This document shows positions 17,504 through 26,619 of a DNA stretch of 32,000 bases, piece after piece (position 1 is the first letter of the stretch; each line of letters opens with the position of its first letter). This DNA comes from Terriglobia bacterium (lineage in GTDB: Bacteria; Acidobacteriota; Terriglobia; Terriglobales; Acidobacteriaceae), in NCBI GenBank assembly GCA_963752375.1, contig CAVVYF010000026.1, positions 35,794 to 67,793 of the forward strand, read 5' to 3'. The notes below the pieces were generated by a model. It was not told the DNA's origin and ran no database searches. It was given only the letters and a program-made list of their open reading frames with translations. The translations under genes and the position numbers were made by a program.

Positions 17504-19402
17504 ATGAATCAGGAGGAGCGCGACCGCGAGCTCGGCATGGGCCGCCGCATTACCCGCCGCGATTTTCTGAACGGCGTTGCTGTGGGAATCGGCGTGCTGG
17601 GCAGCGCCGGATTCTCAGAGCTGGCTTCAGGTGAGGGACATCCACCGGCGGGGTTCTACCCACCGGCGCTGACGGGCATGAGAGGCAGTCAGCCGGGCGC
17701 CTTTGACGTCGCTCACGCCCTGCGCGATGGGACTTTTTGGGAGACCGCCGGAAATCCAGCAGACACAGGTGAGAACTATGACCTGATTGTGGTGGGCGGC
17801 GGCATCAGCGGTCTGGCGGTCGCTTACTTCTACCGTAAGCAGGCCGGCCCAAAATCCCGCATTCTCATTCTCGACAATCACGACGACTTCGGCGGACACG
17901 CCCGGCGCAACGAGTTCCGCGTGGGCAAGCGCCTCCTTCTGAGTAACGGCGGGACCCAGTCCATTGAAAGTCCGTCCGAGTACAGCGAGGTCGCCAAAGC
18001 TGTTTTGAAAGATCTGGGGATTGAGACGAAAAAATTCTACAAGGCCTACGACCAGAACCTCTACTCGCACCTGGGAACGGCTTGCTTCTTCGACAAAGAG
18101 ACCTTCCACGAAGACCGCCTGGTGCCGGGAATGGGCTCACTTCCCTGGCGCGAGTTTCTGGACAAGACACCGCTGCCAGATAAAGTGCGTCGCGAGATTG
18201 CGCGGCTCTATACGGAGAAAAAAGATTACCTGCCAGGCCTCTCGCGCCAGGAAAAGCAGGCTCGCCTGGCCAAAATCAGCTACGCCGGCTTTCTGACCGA
18301 AATTTGCCAAGCCGATCCCGCCGTTCTGCCGTTCTTTCATACCTACACCTACGACTTGTTCGCGGTGGGCATCGAGTCCATCTCAGCTCTGGCCTGCTAT
18401 CGGAATCCCGATGACTACGGGGCCTACCACTACGCCGGCTTCGAGGGCATGGACCTGGGAGAGAATCCGGAAGACGAAGGCGAGCCTTACATCTTTCACT
18501 TCCCCGATGGCAACGCGTCGATCGCGCGCCTGCTGGTGCGGTCCCTGGTGCCGGAATGCATCCCGGGACACACCATGGAGGACGTCGTCACGGCCCGGGC
18601 CGATTACAGCAAGCTGGATCAGCCCTCGGCTCCAATTCGTATTCGTCTGAACGCCACCGCAGCCCGTGTGCGTCATGTTGGTCCGTTGGAGTCGTCGAAA
18701 GAGGTTGAAGTCGCCTACGTACGCCAGGGAAAGTTACAGAGCGCGAAGGGCAAGGCCTGCGTGCTCGCCTGTTACAACGGCATGGTCCCCTATCTCTGCA
18801 CAGACCTGCCTGAACCACAGAAAGAGGCGCTGCATTACGGCGTGAAGGAGCCCTTCATTTACACCCACGTTGCGATTCGCAACTGGACGGCGTTTCACAA
18901 GCTGGGCATCCGGCAGATTATTTCGCCGGGAGGCTATCACTGCTTCACCATGCTGGATTTTCCCGTCAGCCTGGGCGCGTACAAATTCCCCAGCAATCCG
19001 CGGGAACCCATGGTGCTGTTCATGCTGCGCACCCCTTGCAAACCCGGCCTGCCGCGCCGCGACCAGTACCGCATGGGAAGATTCGAGCTGATCAACACAC
19101 CATTTTCTACCTTTGAACGGAATATCCGGGAGCAGTTGCAGCGCATGCTCTCCCCGGGCGGGTTCAGCGCCTCACGCGATATTGCCGCTATTACGGTAAA
19201 CCGCTGGGGTCACGGGTACGCGTATGAATACGATTCCTTCTCCGACCCGCAGTGGCCGCCGGAAGAGCGTCCCTGCGTGATCGGGCGCAAGCAGTTTGGC
19301 CGCATCTCCATCGCCAATTCCGATGCCGGCGCCAGCGCATACACCAACACCGCCATCGACCAGGCCTATCGCGCCGTCCAGGAACAACTGCAGAACTCCT
19401 GA
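17504..19402 (+). CDS. Tat-signal NAD(P)/FAD-binding oxidoreductase (amine-oxidase superfamily; possibly spermidine-dehydrogenase-like)
   Basis: ATG 17504 was chosen because the upstream part of the ORF is repeat D2. Twin-arginine motif RRITRRDFLNGVAVGIGVLGSAG. Rossmann motif YDLIVVGGGISGLAVAYFY. Substrate assignment is speculative. Confidence 0.8.
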   Translation: MNQEERDRELGMGRRITRRDFLNGVAVGIGVLGSAGFSELASGEGHPPAGFYPPALTGMRGSQPGAFDVAHALRDGTFWETAGNPADTGENYDLIVVGGGISGLAVAYFYRKQAGPKSRILILDNHDDFGGHARRNEFRVGKRLLLSNGGTQSIESPSEYSEVAKAVLKDLGIETKKFYKAYDQNLYSHLGTACFFDKETFHEDRLVPGMGSLPWREFLDKTPLPDKVRREIARLYTEKKDYLPGLSRQEKQARLAKISYAGFLTEICQADPAVLPFFHTYTYDLFAVGIESISALACYRNPDDYGAYHYAGFEGMDLGENPEDEGEPYIFHFPDGNASIARLLVRSLVPECIPGHTMEDVVTARADYSKLDQPSAPIRIRLNATAARVRHVGPLESSKEVEVAYVRQGKLQSAKGKACVLACYNGMVPYLCTDLPEPQKEALHYGVKEPFIYTHVAIRNWTAFHKLGIRQIISPGGYHCFTMLDFPVSLGAYKFPSNPREPMVLFMLRTPCKPGLPRRDQYRMGRFELINTPFSTFERNIREQLQRMLSPGGFSASRDIAAITVNRWGHGYAYEYDSFSDPQWPPEERPCVIGRKQFGRISIANSDAGASAYTNTAIDQAYRAVQEQLQNS

Positions 19403-19422
19403 AATTGCCACCACCCCTGACC

Positions 19423-19625
19423 GGTCATCCTGGGCGGAGTGAGCCCATTTGCTTGCGAATGGACTCACGCAGTCGAAGGACCCCTACCTCACGAAAAGAG
19501 TGTCCTGCGTTCTTTCTTGAAGAGCAAACAAAACATAAAGTCGCCGGCATTCCCGTGAGTATAGGGGTCCTTCGACTGCGTAGCTGCTTCGCGAAGCGAA
19601 GCAGCTACTACGCTCAGGATGACAC
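19423..19625. repeat. Family-3 palindromic element, copy G (~200 bp), between convergent oxidoreductase and ftsW
   Basis: Termini are ggtcatcctgggcg ... cgctcaggatgacac. Nested stems: gtgagcccatt/aatggactcac, gcagtcgaaggacccctac/ataggggtccttcgactgc, and a perfect gtagctgcttcgc-gaa-gcgaagcagctac. Confidence 0.85.
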
Positions 19626-19626
19626 T

Positions 19627-20718
19627 TCAGTCGGTTTGCTTGGTGATGTTCAGCAGAACGCCCACGCAGGCCAGGGTCACGAACAGTGACGACCCTCCGT
19701 AAGAAACGAAGGGCAGTGGGATTCCCTTCGTCGGCATCAGGCCCAGCACCACGCTCATGTTGATGAAGGCCTGCACCACCACCATGCTGGTGATACCGAC
19801 CGCGAGCAGGCGTCCGAACATGTCCTGCGTGCGCGACGCAGTGCGGACTCCACGCCACAGGAAAATTCCAAAAAGCAGCAGGACCACCAGCGATCCCACC
19901 AGACCCAGCTCTTCAGCGGTCACGGCAAAGATAAAATCGGTGTGCGGTTCAGGCAGGTAAAACAGTTTCTGCTTCCCTTCCATGAATCCCAGGCCGGTGA
20001 TGCCTCCGGTGCTCACCGCAATGAGCGACTGAATCATGTGAAAGCCCTTGCCCTGCGGGTCCGAGTAGGGATTGAGAAACGCCAGAATGCGGTCGCGCCG
20101 ATAAGCAACGTGGAAGATCAGAAAATAGAGTGGAAGCAACGATGCCAGTCCGGCGTACGCCAGCCAGCGCAAGTCGAGGCCGGCCACGAACAGGATGCAC
20201 GCGGTAATCGCGGCGCAGGCGATGGCTGTGCCCAGATCGGGCTGAAACACGATCAGTCCCAGAAACATCAAGGTGGGCAGCACCGCTGGCAGCAGCGTGT
20301 TCCGCCAGTCGTCCATGGCGTTAATGCGGCCCTCCAGAAAGAATGCCAGGAAGAGAATGATTGCAACCTTGGCCACTTCCGACGGCTGGAAAGAAAATCC
20401 GCTGAAGTGGATCCAGCGGTGGGTGTGGTGGGCGCGGTCGAGAAAAAATACCGAGATCAACATCAGCGTGGTAAGGCCCAGTGTCGAAAATACCACCCCG
20501 GGATGTTTGTAGCGGCGGTAGTCAACTTTCATTCCGACCACCATGGCAGCGAGGCCGGCGGCGGCCCAGCCTACCTGGCGGAACAGGAAGTAGTATCCCG
20601 AGCCATAGCGTTCCTTCGCCATGACCGCGGATGCGCTGAATACCATCACCAATCCCACAAATACCAGGATCAGGGTAACGGTGAACAACCATCCATCGAC
20701 GCTGACACGCTTGGCCAT
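19627..20718 (-). CDS. ftsW: SEDS-family peptidoglycan glycosyltransferase / cell division protein FtsW
   Basis: 363 aa and polytopic. Signature QPDLGTA and YLPEPHTDFIFAVTAEELGLVGS...KGIPLPFVSYGGSS. Confidence 0.9.
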   Translation of the reverse strand: MAKRVSVDGWLFTVTLILVFVGLVMVFSASAVMAKERYGSGYYFLFRQVGWAAAGLAAMVVGMKVDYRRYKHPGVVFSTLGLTTLMLISVFFLDRAHHTHRWIHFSGFSFQPSEVAKVAIILFLAFFLEGRINAMDDWRNTLLPAVLPTLMFLGLIVFQPDLGTAIACAAITACILFVAGLDLRWLAYAGLASLLPLYFLIFHVAYRRDRILAFLNPYSDPQGKGFHMIQSLIAVSTGGITGLGFMEGKQKLFYLPEPHTDFIFAVTAEELGLVGSLVVLLLFGIFLWRGVRTASRTQDMFGRLLAVGITSMVVVQAFINMSVVLGLMPTKGIPLPFVSYGGSSLFVTLACVGVLLNITKQTD

Positions 20719-20826
20719 GGGGAATTCATTTCACCACGGAGGCCGGGAGAGACGGAGCAGAATGTCTGTGAATTTCCGGGATGGAATGTAACCATCTTGG
20801 TTCCTCTGGGGAAGGCCTCCAATGTG

Positions 20827-20910
20827 GGCGCGAGCGCCCCGCTCGTGCGAAGGTGCCACAGACCACGTGATTTGCGTGACCTCAGAAAGCACGAGCGGGA
20901 CGCTCGCGCC
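20827..20910. repeat. Family-7 inverted repeat (22-bp arms, 1 mismatch, 40-nt loop containing CACGTG) between murD and ftsW
   Basis: ggcgcgagcgccccgctcgtgc ... gcacgagcgggacgctcgcgcc. The right arm abuts the murD TAG stop. Confidence 0.85.
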
Positions 20911-22262
20911 TACACTGCGGCCAGGGCGTGCACTACTTCTTTAAAGACTTTGCCCCGGTGCTCATAGTTACGGAACTGGTCGAAGCTGGCGCAGGCCGGG
21001 GCCAGCAGCACGATGTCTCCGGCCGCAGCGGTCGCCGATGCCCGTCTCACCGCGGTTTCAAGCGTCTCCGAGTGGTCGATTTCTATACCTTTGATCTGGG
21101 ACTCGATCTTCTCCGCGGCCGCGCCGATGGTATAGACGCGCTTGACCCGCTGCCGCAGCAGTTCGTTGAGCTGGGTGTAGTCGCTGTCTTTGTCCTTGCC
21201 GCCCAGAATCAGGTGGACGTTTGCCGGGAATGATTCCAGGGCCTTGATGGTGGCATCCACATTGGTCGCCTTCGAGTCGTTGTAATATTCCACCCCGCGA
21301 ATCGTGGCGACATATTCCAGCCGGTGTTCGACGGCTTTGAATCCTCGTACCGCCTTGCCGATCAGGCCAGCCTCGCAGCCCGTAAGCGCGCCGACGCAAA
21401 CCGCGGCCAGCACGTTTTCCACGTTGTGGCCACCCTTCAGGGGGATTTCCGAGGCCAGCATGATTTCCTGCTGCCCTTTTGCGTCGCGAAAAAGGACCCG
21501 GCCATCGCGAACGTAGGCCCCTTGCTCTACTTCTTTCTTGCGGCTGATCCAGAAGACTTGCGCCCGGGTACGGCTGGCCAGTCCGGCGCAGGTGGGATCG
21601 TCGGCATTGAGCACCGCAAAATCTTCCCCTTGCTGGTTCTCAAAAATGCGCGCTTTGGCGTTGGTGTAGGCCTCGAAAGTGCGGTGGCGGTCGAGGTGGT
21701 CGGGCGTGATGTTGAGCACGACGGCGACTTTTGGACGAAAGGTCTGGATCGTCTCCAGTTGGAAGCTCGAGACTTCCAGAACCACGATGGTGTCGGCTTT
21801 GGCCCGCTCGACCAGCGAAATTGCCGGGGTACCAATGTTGCCGCCGACCACGGTCGGGAAGCCGCCCGCCGCGATAATTTCTCCTGCCAGCGTGGTGGTC
21901 GTAGTCTTGCCGTTGGATCCGGTGATAGCGACGATGTTCTTCGGCAGAAACTGTGACGCCAGCTCAATCTCGCCGATCACGGGCTCGCCAGCGGCACGGG
22001 CCTGCACCAGCGGCGGCGAGTCCACCGGAACGCCAGGGCTGACCACGATCAGGTCCTGTCCCCGAAATGTGCGCTCGCCGTGTCCACCGGTTTCGACCGC
22101 AATGCCGTGATCGAGCAGGACCGGGATTTCTTCCCCCAGTTGCTCTTGCGGCTTGGCGTCCGAGACCGTGACCTTGGCACCCCGGGACTGCAGAAACAAA
22201 GCCGAAGCCACGCCGGATTTGCCCAGCCCGACGACGAGCACACGTTTGTTTTCGAGATCCAT
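20910..22262 (-). CDS. murD: UDP-N-acetylmuramoylalanine--D-glutamate ligase
   Basis: VLVVGLGKSGVASALFL and ITGSNGKTTTTTL; Mur ligase middle and C-terminal domains. Confidence 0.92.
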   Translation of the reverse strand: MDLENKRVLVVGLGKSGVASALFLQSRGAKVTVSDAKPQEQLGEEIPVLLDHGIAVETGGHGERTFRGQDLIVVSPGVPVDSPPLVQARAAGEPVIGEIELASQFLPKNIVAITGSNGKTTTTTLAGEIIAAGGFPTVVGGNIGTPAISLVERAKADTIVVLEVSSFQLETIQTFRPKVAVVLNITPDHLDRHRTFEAYTNAKARIFENQQGEDFAVLNADDPTCAGLASRTRAQVFWISRKKEVEQGAYVRDGRVLFRDAKGQQEIMLASEIPLKGGHNVENVLAAVCVGALTGCEAGLIGKAVRGFKAVEHRLEYVATIRGVEYYNDSKATNVDATIKALESFPANVHLILGGKDKDSDYTQLNELLRQRVKRVYTIGAAAEKIESQIKGIEIDHSETLETAVRRASATAAAGDIVLLAPACASFDQFRNYEHRGKVFKEVVHALAAV

Positions 22263-22338
22263 AAGGCGGCTACTGGCTGCTAGCTTCTCTTTGGCTTGAA
22301 GGTTTGGTCTTTGGCTAGAAGCCAGGAGCTAGAAGCTT
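22263..22338. repeat. Degenerate short direct repeats (tctttggctWgaag x2; gctagaagc x2) filling the mraY-murD gap
   Basis: ctctttggcttgaagg / gtctttggctagaagc / caggagctagaagc, read directly. No clean long stem. Confidence 0.45.
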
Positions 22339-23472
22339 TTATCTTAGCTTTAACGTGGTCAGCGCGAACAGGGCAAACACCAGGGACCCGATCCAGAAGC
22401 GCACGATAATTTTTGATTCCGACCAGCCCAGCAATTCGAAATGATGATGCAGGGGCGCCATCTTGAAAATCCGCTTCTTTCTCAGTTTGTAGGACGCCAC
22501 CTGCAGGATCACGGACAGCGCTTCGATCACGAAGATGCCGCCGATGAAGGGCAGCAGCAGTTCCTGCTTGATCATCACGGCGACCGTGCCGATAGCGCCG
22601 CCCAGGGCCAGAGAACCTACGTCGCCCATGAAGACTTCGGCGGGATGGGCGTTATACCACAGGAATCCGATGGAAGCGCCCACCATGGCCCCGCAGAAAA
22701 TCGTCAGTTCGCCAGCCAGGGGCATGCGCTGCAGTTCAAGATACTGTGCGAAGGTGGCGTGGCCACTGACATAAGTAAGGACAGCCAGCGCCCCGGCGGC
22801 AATGACGGTGCATCCGATGGCGAGACCATCCAGGCCGTCGGTAAGATTCACCGCGTTGCTCGATCCCACGATCACCAGCACCACAAAGGCCACAAAAGGA
22901 ACAAACGCCAGGGGCCAAAGCGCGGGATTGCTGACCAGCCTCTCGATCACCAGGTCGGGATGAAATTGCTTGATGAAGGGCACCATCAGCTTGGTTGAGT
23001 AAGCGCCCCGAGTCTGCATGGCGATCAGCGCCACGGCAATCAGGATGCTGACGGCAATCTGCAGGCCCAGCTTGGCTTTCGACGTGAGGCCCAGATTCCG
23101 GCGGTTCACCACCTTGATGTAATCGTCGGCAAATCCGATGGCGGCGAAGGCGCAGGTGGCAAAGACCGCGATCCAGACGAAGAGGTTGCTCAGGTCAGCC
23201 CACAACAGAGTGGGAACTACGATGGAAATGGCGATCAGCAAACCGCCCATGGTCGGAGTGCCGGCCTTTTTCTGATGGGCCTTGGGTCCTTCCTCGCGAA
23301 TGAACTGGCCAATCTGAAAATCGCGAAGGCGGTTGATGACAATGGGGCCAACGATCAGTGCCGTGAAAAGAGCGGTCAGACTGGCAAAGGCTGTACGAAA
23401 AGTCAGATAGCGGAAAATACGGAATGGCGGGAAGTAGTGAAACAGCTTCAGGTAGAGCAGCCAGTAGAGCAA
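22339..23472 (-). CDS. mraY: Phospho-N-acetylmuramoyl-pentapeptide transferase
   Basis: [27 protein letters not shown]..., [19 protein letters not shown] and [14 protein letters not shown] start with GGGAGG 5-6 nt upstream. Confidence 0.92.
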   Translation of the reverse strand: MLYWLLYLKLFHYFPPFRIFRYLTFRTAFASLTALFTALIVGPIVINRLRDFQIGQFIREEGPKAHQKKAGTPTMGGLLIAISIVVPTLLWADLSNLFVWIAVFATCAFAAIGFADDYIKVVNRRNLGLTSKAKLGLQIAVSILIAVALIAMQTRGAYSTKLMVPFIKQFHPDLVIERLVSNPALWPLAFVPFVAFVVLVIVGSSNAVNLTDGLDGLAIGCTVIAAGALAVLTYVSGHATFAQYLELQRMPLAGELTIFCGAMVGASIGFLWYNAHPAEVFMGDVGSLALGGAIGTVAVMIKQELLLPFIGGIFVIEALSVILQVASYKLRKKRIFKMAPLHHHFELLGWSESKIIVRFWIGSLVFALFALTTLKLR

Positions 23473-23486
23473 TCAGCCTCCCGTTC

Positions 23487-23572
23487 AGTCGTCAGTCGTC
23501 GGTCTTCGGTCGTCAGCCAGTCATCAGCCGTTCTTGGATTTGCTGACGACCGACGACCGACGACTGACGACT
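23487..23572. repeat. Family-6 inverted repeat: 30-bp arms (1 mismatch), 26-nt loop, spanning the murF stop
   Basis: agtcgtcagtcgtcggtcttcggtcgtcag / loop / ctgacgaccgacgaccgacgactgacgact. The right arm encodes the murF tail VVSRRSSVVS. The left arm ends 3 nt before the mraY SD. Confidence 0.9.
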
Positions 23573-24921
23573 GCTTCTAGAGCGCGTTCCAGCTTTACCC
23601 CGCGCGACGCTTTGAGCAGCACCACGTCGCCTTCGCGGCTTTCGCGGACCAGCCACTCGCCGGCTTCTTCGGGTGTGGCCACGAATTCCGCCCTGATTCC
23701 GGCGTGGCTTGCGGCCTCGACCATCGGCTGCGCCAGGCCCCGCACCCCGATCAGGATGTCGATTCCCTTCTCTGCCATGTGCTGGCCGGAACGGCGGTGC
23801 AACTCTTCGCCTGACGGACCCAGTTCCAGCATCTCGCCTGCGACCACGATGCGGCGCTTGGCCGGCATGGCGGCCAGCGTGTCCACCATTGCATTGAGGG
23901 CCGTTGGATTGGAATTGTAGCAATCGTTGATGACTGTGATGTTGCCCACTTGGACGACCGCCCCTCTTTTGTCAGCTGGGGCCAGAGTCGCCAGAGCGCG
24001 AGTGGCTTCGGAGGGGTTCAGGCCTCGCTCCATTCCGGTCGCAACCGCGGCCAGAGCGTTATAGATGTTGTGCGTTCCCACCAGGGGCAGGGTTGCAGGT
24101 TCACGGCAGCCGCCAGCCACCAGATCGAATGTGGAGCCGGCGGCGCCGCGCGACACGATGTTTTCCGCGCGGACGTCAGCCGTGGCATGCAGGCCGTAGC
24201 GCACGACTTTGCCGTGGAAGTCGCGGCCAAATTGCGAGACGTACTCGTCGTCGGCGTTGAGGATTGCGGTCCCGCCGGCGGGCAGGGCCTCGATCAGTTC
24301 GTACTTTGCCCGGGCAATTTCGGCCACCGACTTGAAAAACTCCAGATGCACCGGGGCCACATTGGTGACCACGCCAATTTCCGGCTGCGCAATTCTTGCC
24401 AGCGCGGCGATTTCCCCTCGATGCGACATGCCCATCTCGATCACCGCGGCCTCATGCTCCGGCTCGATTTTCAGCAGCATCAGCGGCAGGCCGAAGTGAT
24501 TGTTGAAGTTGCCCTCTGACTTCAACACCCGGAAGCGGGAGGAGAGTACGTGGGCAATCGCTTCTTTCGTGGTGGTCTTGCCGGTGGACCCGGTGACGCC
24601 GATGAGCGGCTTCGCCCACAAACGGCGGACGGCGGCACCCAGCGTTTGCAGAGCGACCAGGGTATCGGGAACGGCCAGCAGCCGGGTCTTTACCGCATAG
24701 CGCGCCAGTTCGTCCTTGCGGACAACCGCGGCCACGGCGCCCTGCTCCAGCGCCTGCGGGACAAAATCGTGGCCATCCATGCGCTCGCCCTTCACCGCGA
24801 AAAAAAGCTCGCCGGGCTGAATGGTGCGCGAATCAATTGAGTACGCCTGGGCGATCGCCTTGTGGTCGAATTCGCCGCTGGCCGAGATGAATTCGGAGAC
24901 TCTCGAGAGCGGAAGCTTCAT
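23524..24921 (-). CDS. murF: UDP-N-acetylmuramoyl-tripeptide--D-alanyl-D-alanine ligase
   Basis: IGVTGSTGKTTTKEAIA and the Mur ligase domains. ATGA overlap with the murE stop. Confidence 0.9.
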   Translation of the reverse strand: MKLPLSRVSEFISASGEFDHKAIAQAYSIDSRTIQPGELFFAVKGERMDGHDFVPQALEQGAVAAVVRKDELARYAVKTRLLAVPDTLVALQTLGAAVRRLWAKPLIGVTGSTGKTTTKEAIAHVLSSRFRVLKSEGNFNNHFGLPLMLLKIEPEHEAAVIEMGMSHRGEIAALARIAQPEIGVVTNVAPVHLEFFKSVAEIARAKYELIEALPAGGTAILNADDEYVSQFGRDFHGKVVRYGLHATADVRAENIVSRGAAGSTFDLVAGGCREPATLPLVGTHNIYNALAAVATGMERGLNPSEATRALATLAPADKRGAVVQVGNITVINDCYNSNPTALNAMVDTLAAMPAKRRIVVAGEMLELGPSGEELHRRSGQHMAEKGIDILIGVRGLAQPMVEAASHAGIRAEFVATPEEAGEWLVRESREGDVVLLKASRGVKLERALEAVVSRRSSVVSKSKNG

Positions 24922-26441
24922 GCACGTTTTCCGGCGGCCGCGTTGGACGACTTGCAGTCGTATCCGGCCTCGCGCAGGATTTTCTGCGCGACCTCCACAT
25001 CGTCAAAAGGGACCGCCCCATCCCGCGTGGTCTGGACCTTTTCGTGTCCCTTGCCGGCAATCAGCACAATGTCCCCCGGATGCGCTTCGCGAACCGCCAG
25101 AGCAATGGCAGCCTTGCGGTCAGGCTCGGTCTTGTATTTCGTGCCCGAGCGCTGCAGTCCCACCATAGCGTCATTCATGATGGCAAGTGGATCTTCGCCG
25201 CGCGGATTGTCCGAGGTCAAGATTACGAAATCGCTCCCCCGTCCGGCAGCCTCGCCCATTAACGGGCGCTTGGCCCGGTCTCGGTCGCCGCCGCAGCCAA
25301 AAACTGTGATTACCTTGCCCTTTTGTCCCGCCTGCTGAACAAATTCCCGCGCCAGCGACGTAAGGTTCCGCAGTGCGTCGTCAGTATGGGCGTAATCCAC
25401 CACCACGGTAAAGGGCTGCTGGCAATCCACACGCTCGAATCGGCCAGGGACGCGGTCAAGCGCCGCAATTCCCTGCGCGATCTCCTCCGGCTTGCAGTTC
25501 CGCAGATAGGCCGCGCCTGCCGCCGCCAGGATGTTGTACACATTCACTTTTCCGATCAGGGGAGAAAAAAGGGGAATGCTTTCCTTCGGCATCACCAGAT
25601 CAAATCTGGTCCCCCGCGGAGTAATTTCGACTCTCTCCGCATGGAAGTCTCCCTTCGTCAGCCCGTAGGTCAGCACTTCGGAACTTCGCTTCCGGCTGAT
25701 CTTCACCAGCTTCAGACCGTACTCGTCGTCGCTGTTGATCACGGCCGCGCGAGGCGCCTCGGTGCCACAGCCTTCAAACAATATCTGCTTGGAGGAAAAA
25801 TACTCCTCCATGGTGTGGTGATAGTCGAGGTGGTCGCGGGTCAGGTTGGTGAAGACGGCGACGTCGAATGGAATCCCGTAAACCCGCTGCTGTTCCAGCG
25901 CGTGCGAGGAAACTTCCATGACGGTCTCGGTCGCGCCCTGCCCCAGGGCCTGGTTCAGAATGCGATTCAGTTCCAGCGCTTCGGGAGTGGTGTGCGGAGC
26001 GGGCAGGACCTTTCCGGCAACATGATATTCGATAGTCCCGACCAGCGCGCTCTTGCGCCCTGCGGCGGTAAGAATGGATTCGAGCAGGAATGCGGTCGTA
26101 CTCTTCCCGTTCGTGCCGGTGATGCCGGTGATGGCCAGCCGCTCGGCCGGCTTCTTGTAGAAGTTGGCGCTGAGCCGCGCCAGCGCCCGGCGACCGTGGG
26201 GCACCTGCGCCCAGGCGACCTCCGGACGGGGCTTTTCGGTCGCGGAGTCAGTGACGATCGCGACGGCGCCTGCTGCAATCGCCTGGTCGATGAATTTGTT
26301 TCCATCACTCGATTCACCCCGCATGGCGACAAAGGCATCGCCCGGCTTGATCCGGCGCGAGTCATACTCCAGCCCGCCAATACCGGGATTGCCGCTCTGC
26401 GAAAGCACTTCCGCACCGTACAGGAGTTCGAGGAAAGTCAT
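24918..26441 (-). CDS. murE: UDP-N-acetylmuramoyl-L-alanyl-D-glutamate--2,6-diaminopimelate ligase
   Basis: ITGTNGKSTTAFLLESI. The TSDNPRGEDP (DNPR) motif is associated with meso-DAP-adding MurE. Confidence 0.92.
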   Translation of the reverse strand: MTFLELLYGAEVLSQSGNPGIGGLEYDSRRIKPGDAFVAMRGESSDGNKFIDQAIAAGAVAIVTDSATEKPRPEVAWAQVPHGRRALARLSANFYKKPAERLAITGITGTNGKSTTAFLLESILTAAGRKSALVGTIEYHVAGKVLPAPHTTPEALELNRILNQALGQGATETVMEVSSHALEQQRVYGIPFDVAVFTNLTRDHLDYHHTMEEYFSSKQILFEGCGTEAPRAAVINSDDEYGLKLVKISRKRSSEVLTYGLTKGDFHAERVEITPRGTRFDLVMPKESIPLFSPLIGKVNVYNILAAAGAAYLRNCKPEEIAQGIAALDRVPGRFERVDCQQPFTVVVDYAHTDDALRNLTSLAREFVQQAGQKGKVITVFGCGGDRDRAKRPLMGEAAGRGSDFVILTSDNPRGEDPLAIMNDAMVGLQRSGTKYKTEPDRKAAIALAVREAHPGDIVLIAGKGHEKVQTTRDGAVPFDDVEVAQKILREAGYDCKSSNAAAGKRA

Positions 26442-26493
26442 TGTTCTGGATTCTAGTGCACCGGGCCGAAAGCAGTGTCATCACAAGAGCAAA

Positions 26494-26588
26494 GTGTCAT
26501 CCTGAGCGCAGCTGAACGTTTCGCTTGCGAAACGTTCAGCGGATAGTGAGGCCCGCAAAGCGGGCTTCACACCTCGCTCAGGATGACA
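26494..26588. repeat. Family-3 palindromic element, copy H (~95 bp), between ftsI and murE
   Basis: Termini are gtgtcatcctgagcg ... cgctcaggatgaca. Internal stems: a perfect 14-bp gctgaacgtttcgc-tt-gcgaaacgttcagc, and gtgaggcccgc-aaa-gcgggcttcac. Confidence 0.85.
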
Positions 26589-26619
26589 ACGATTGCCGGT
26601 TGTCCTGTCGTGAGCGCGT

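Noticed and set aside
17350-19625. Oxidoreductase gene as a composite transposon or genomic islet.
   Set aside because: The flanking elements belong to different families (family 2 versus family 3). No transposase or integrase gene and no direct target duplications are visible. Insertion remains possible but is unsupported as a mobile unit.
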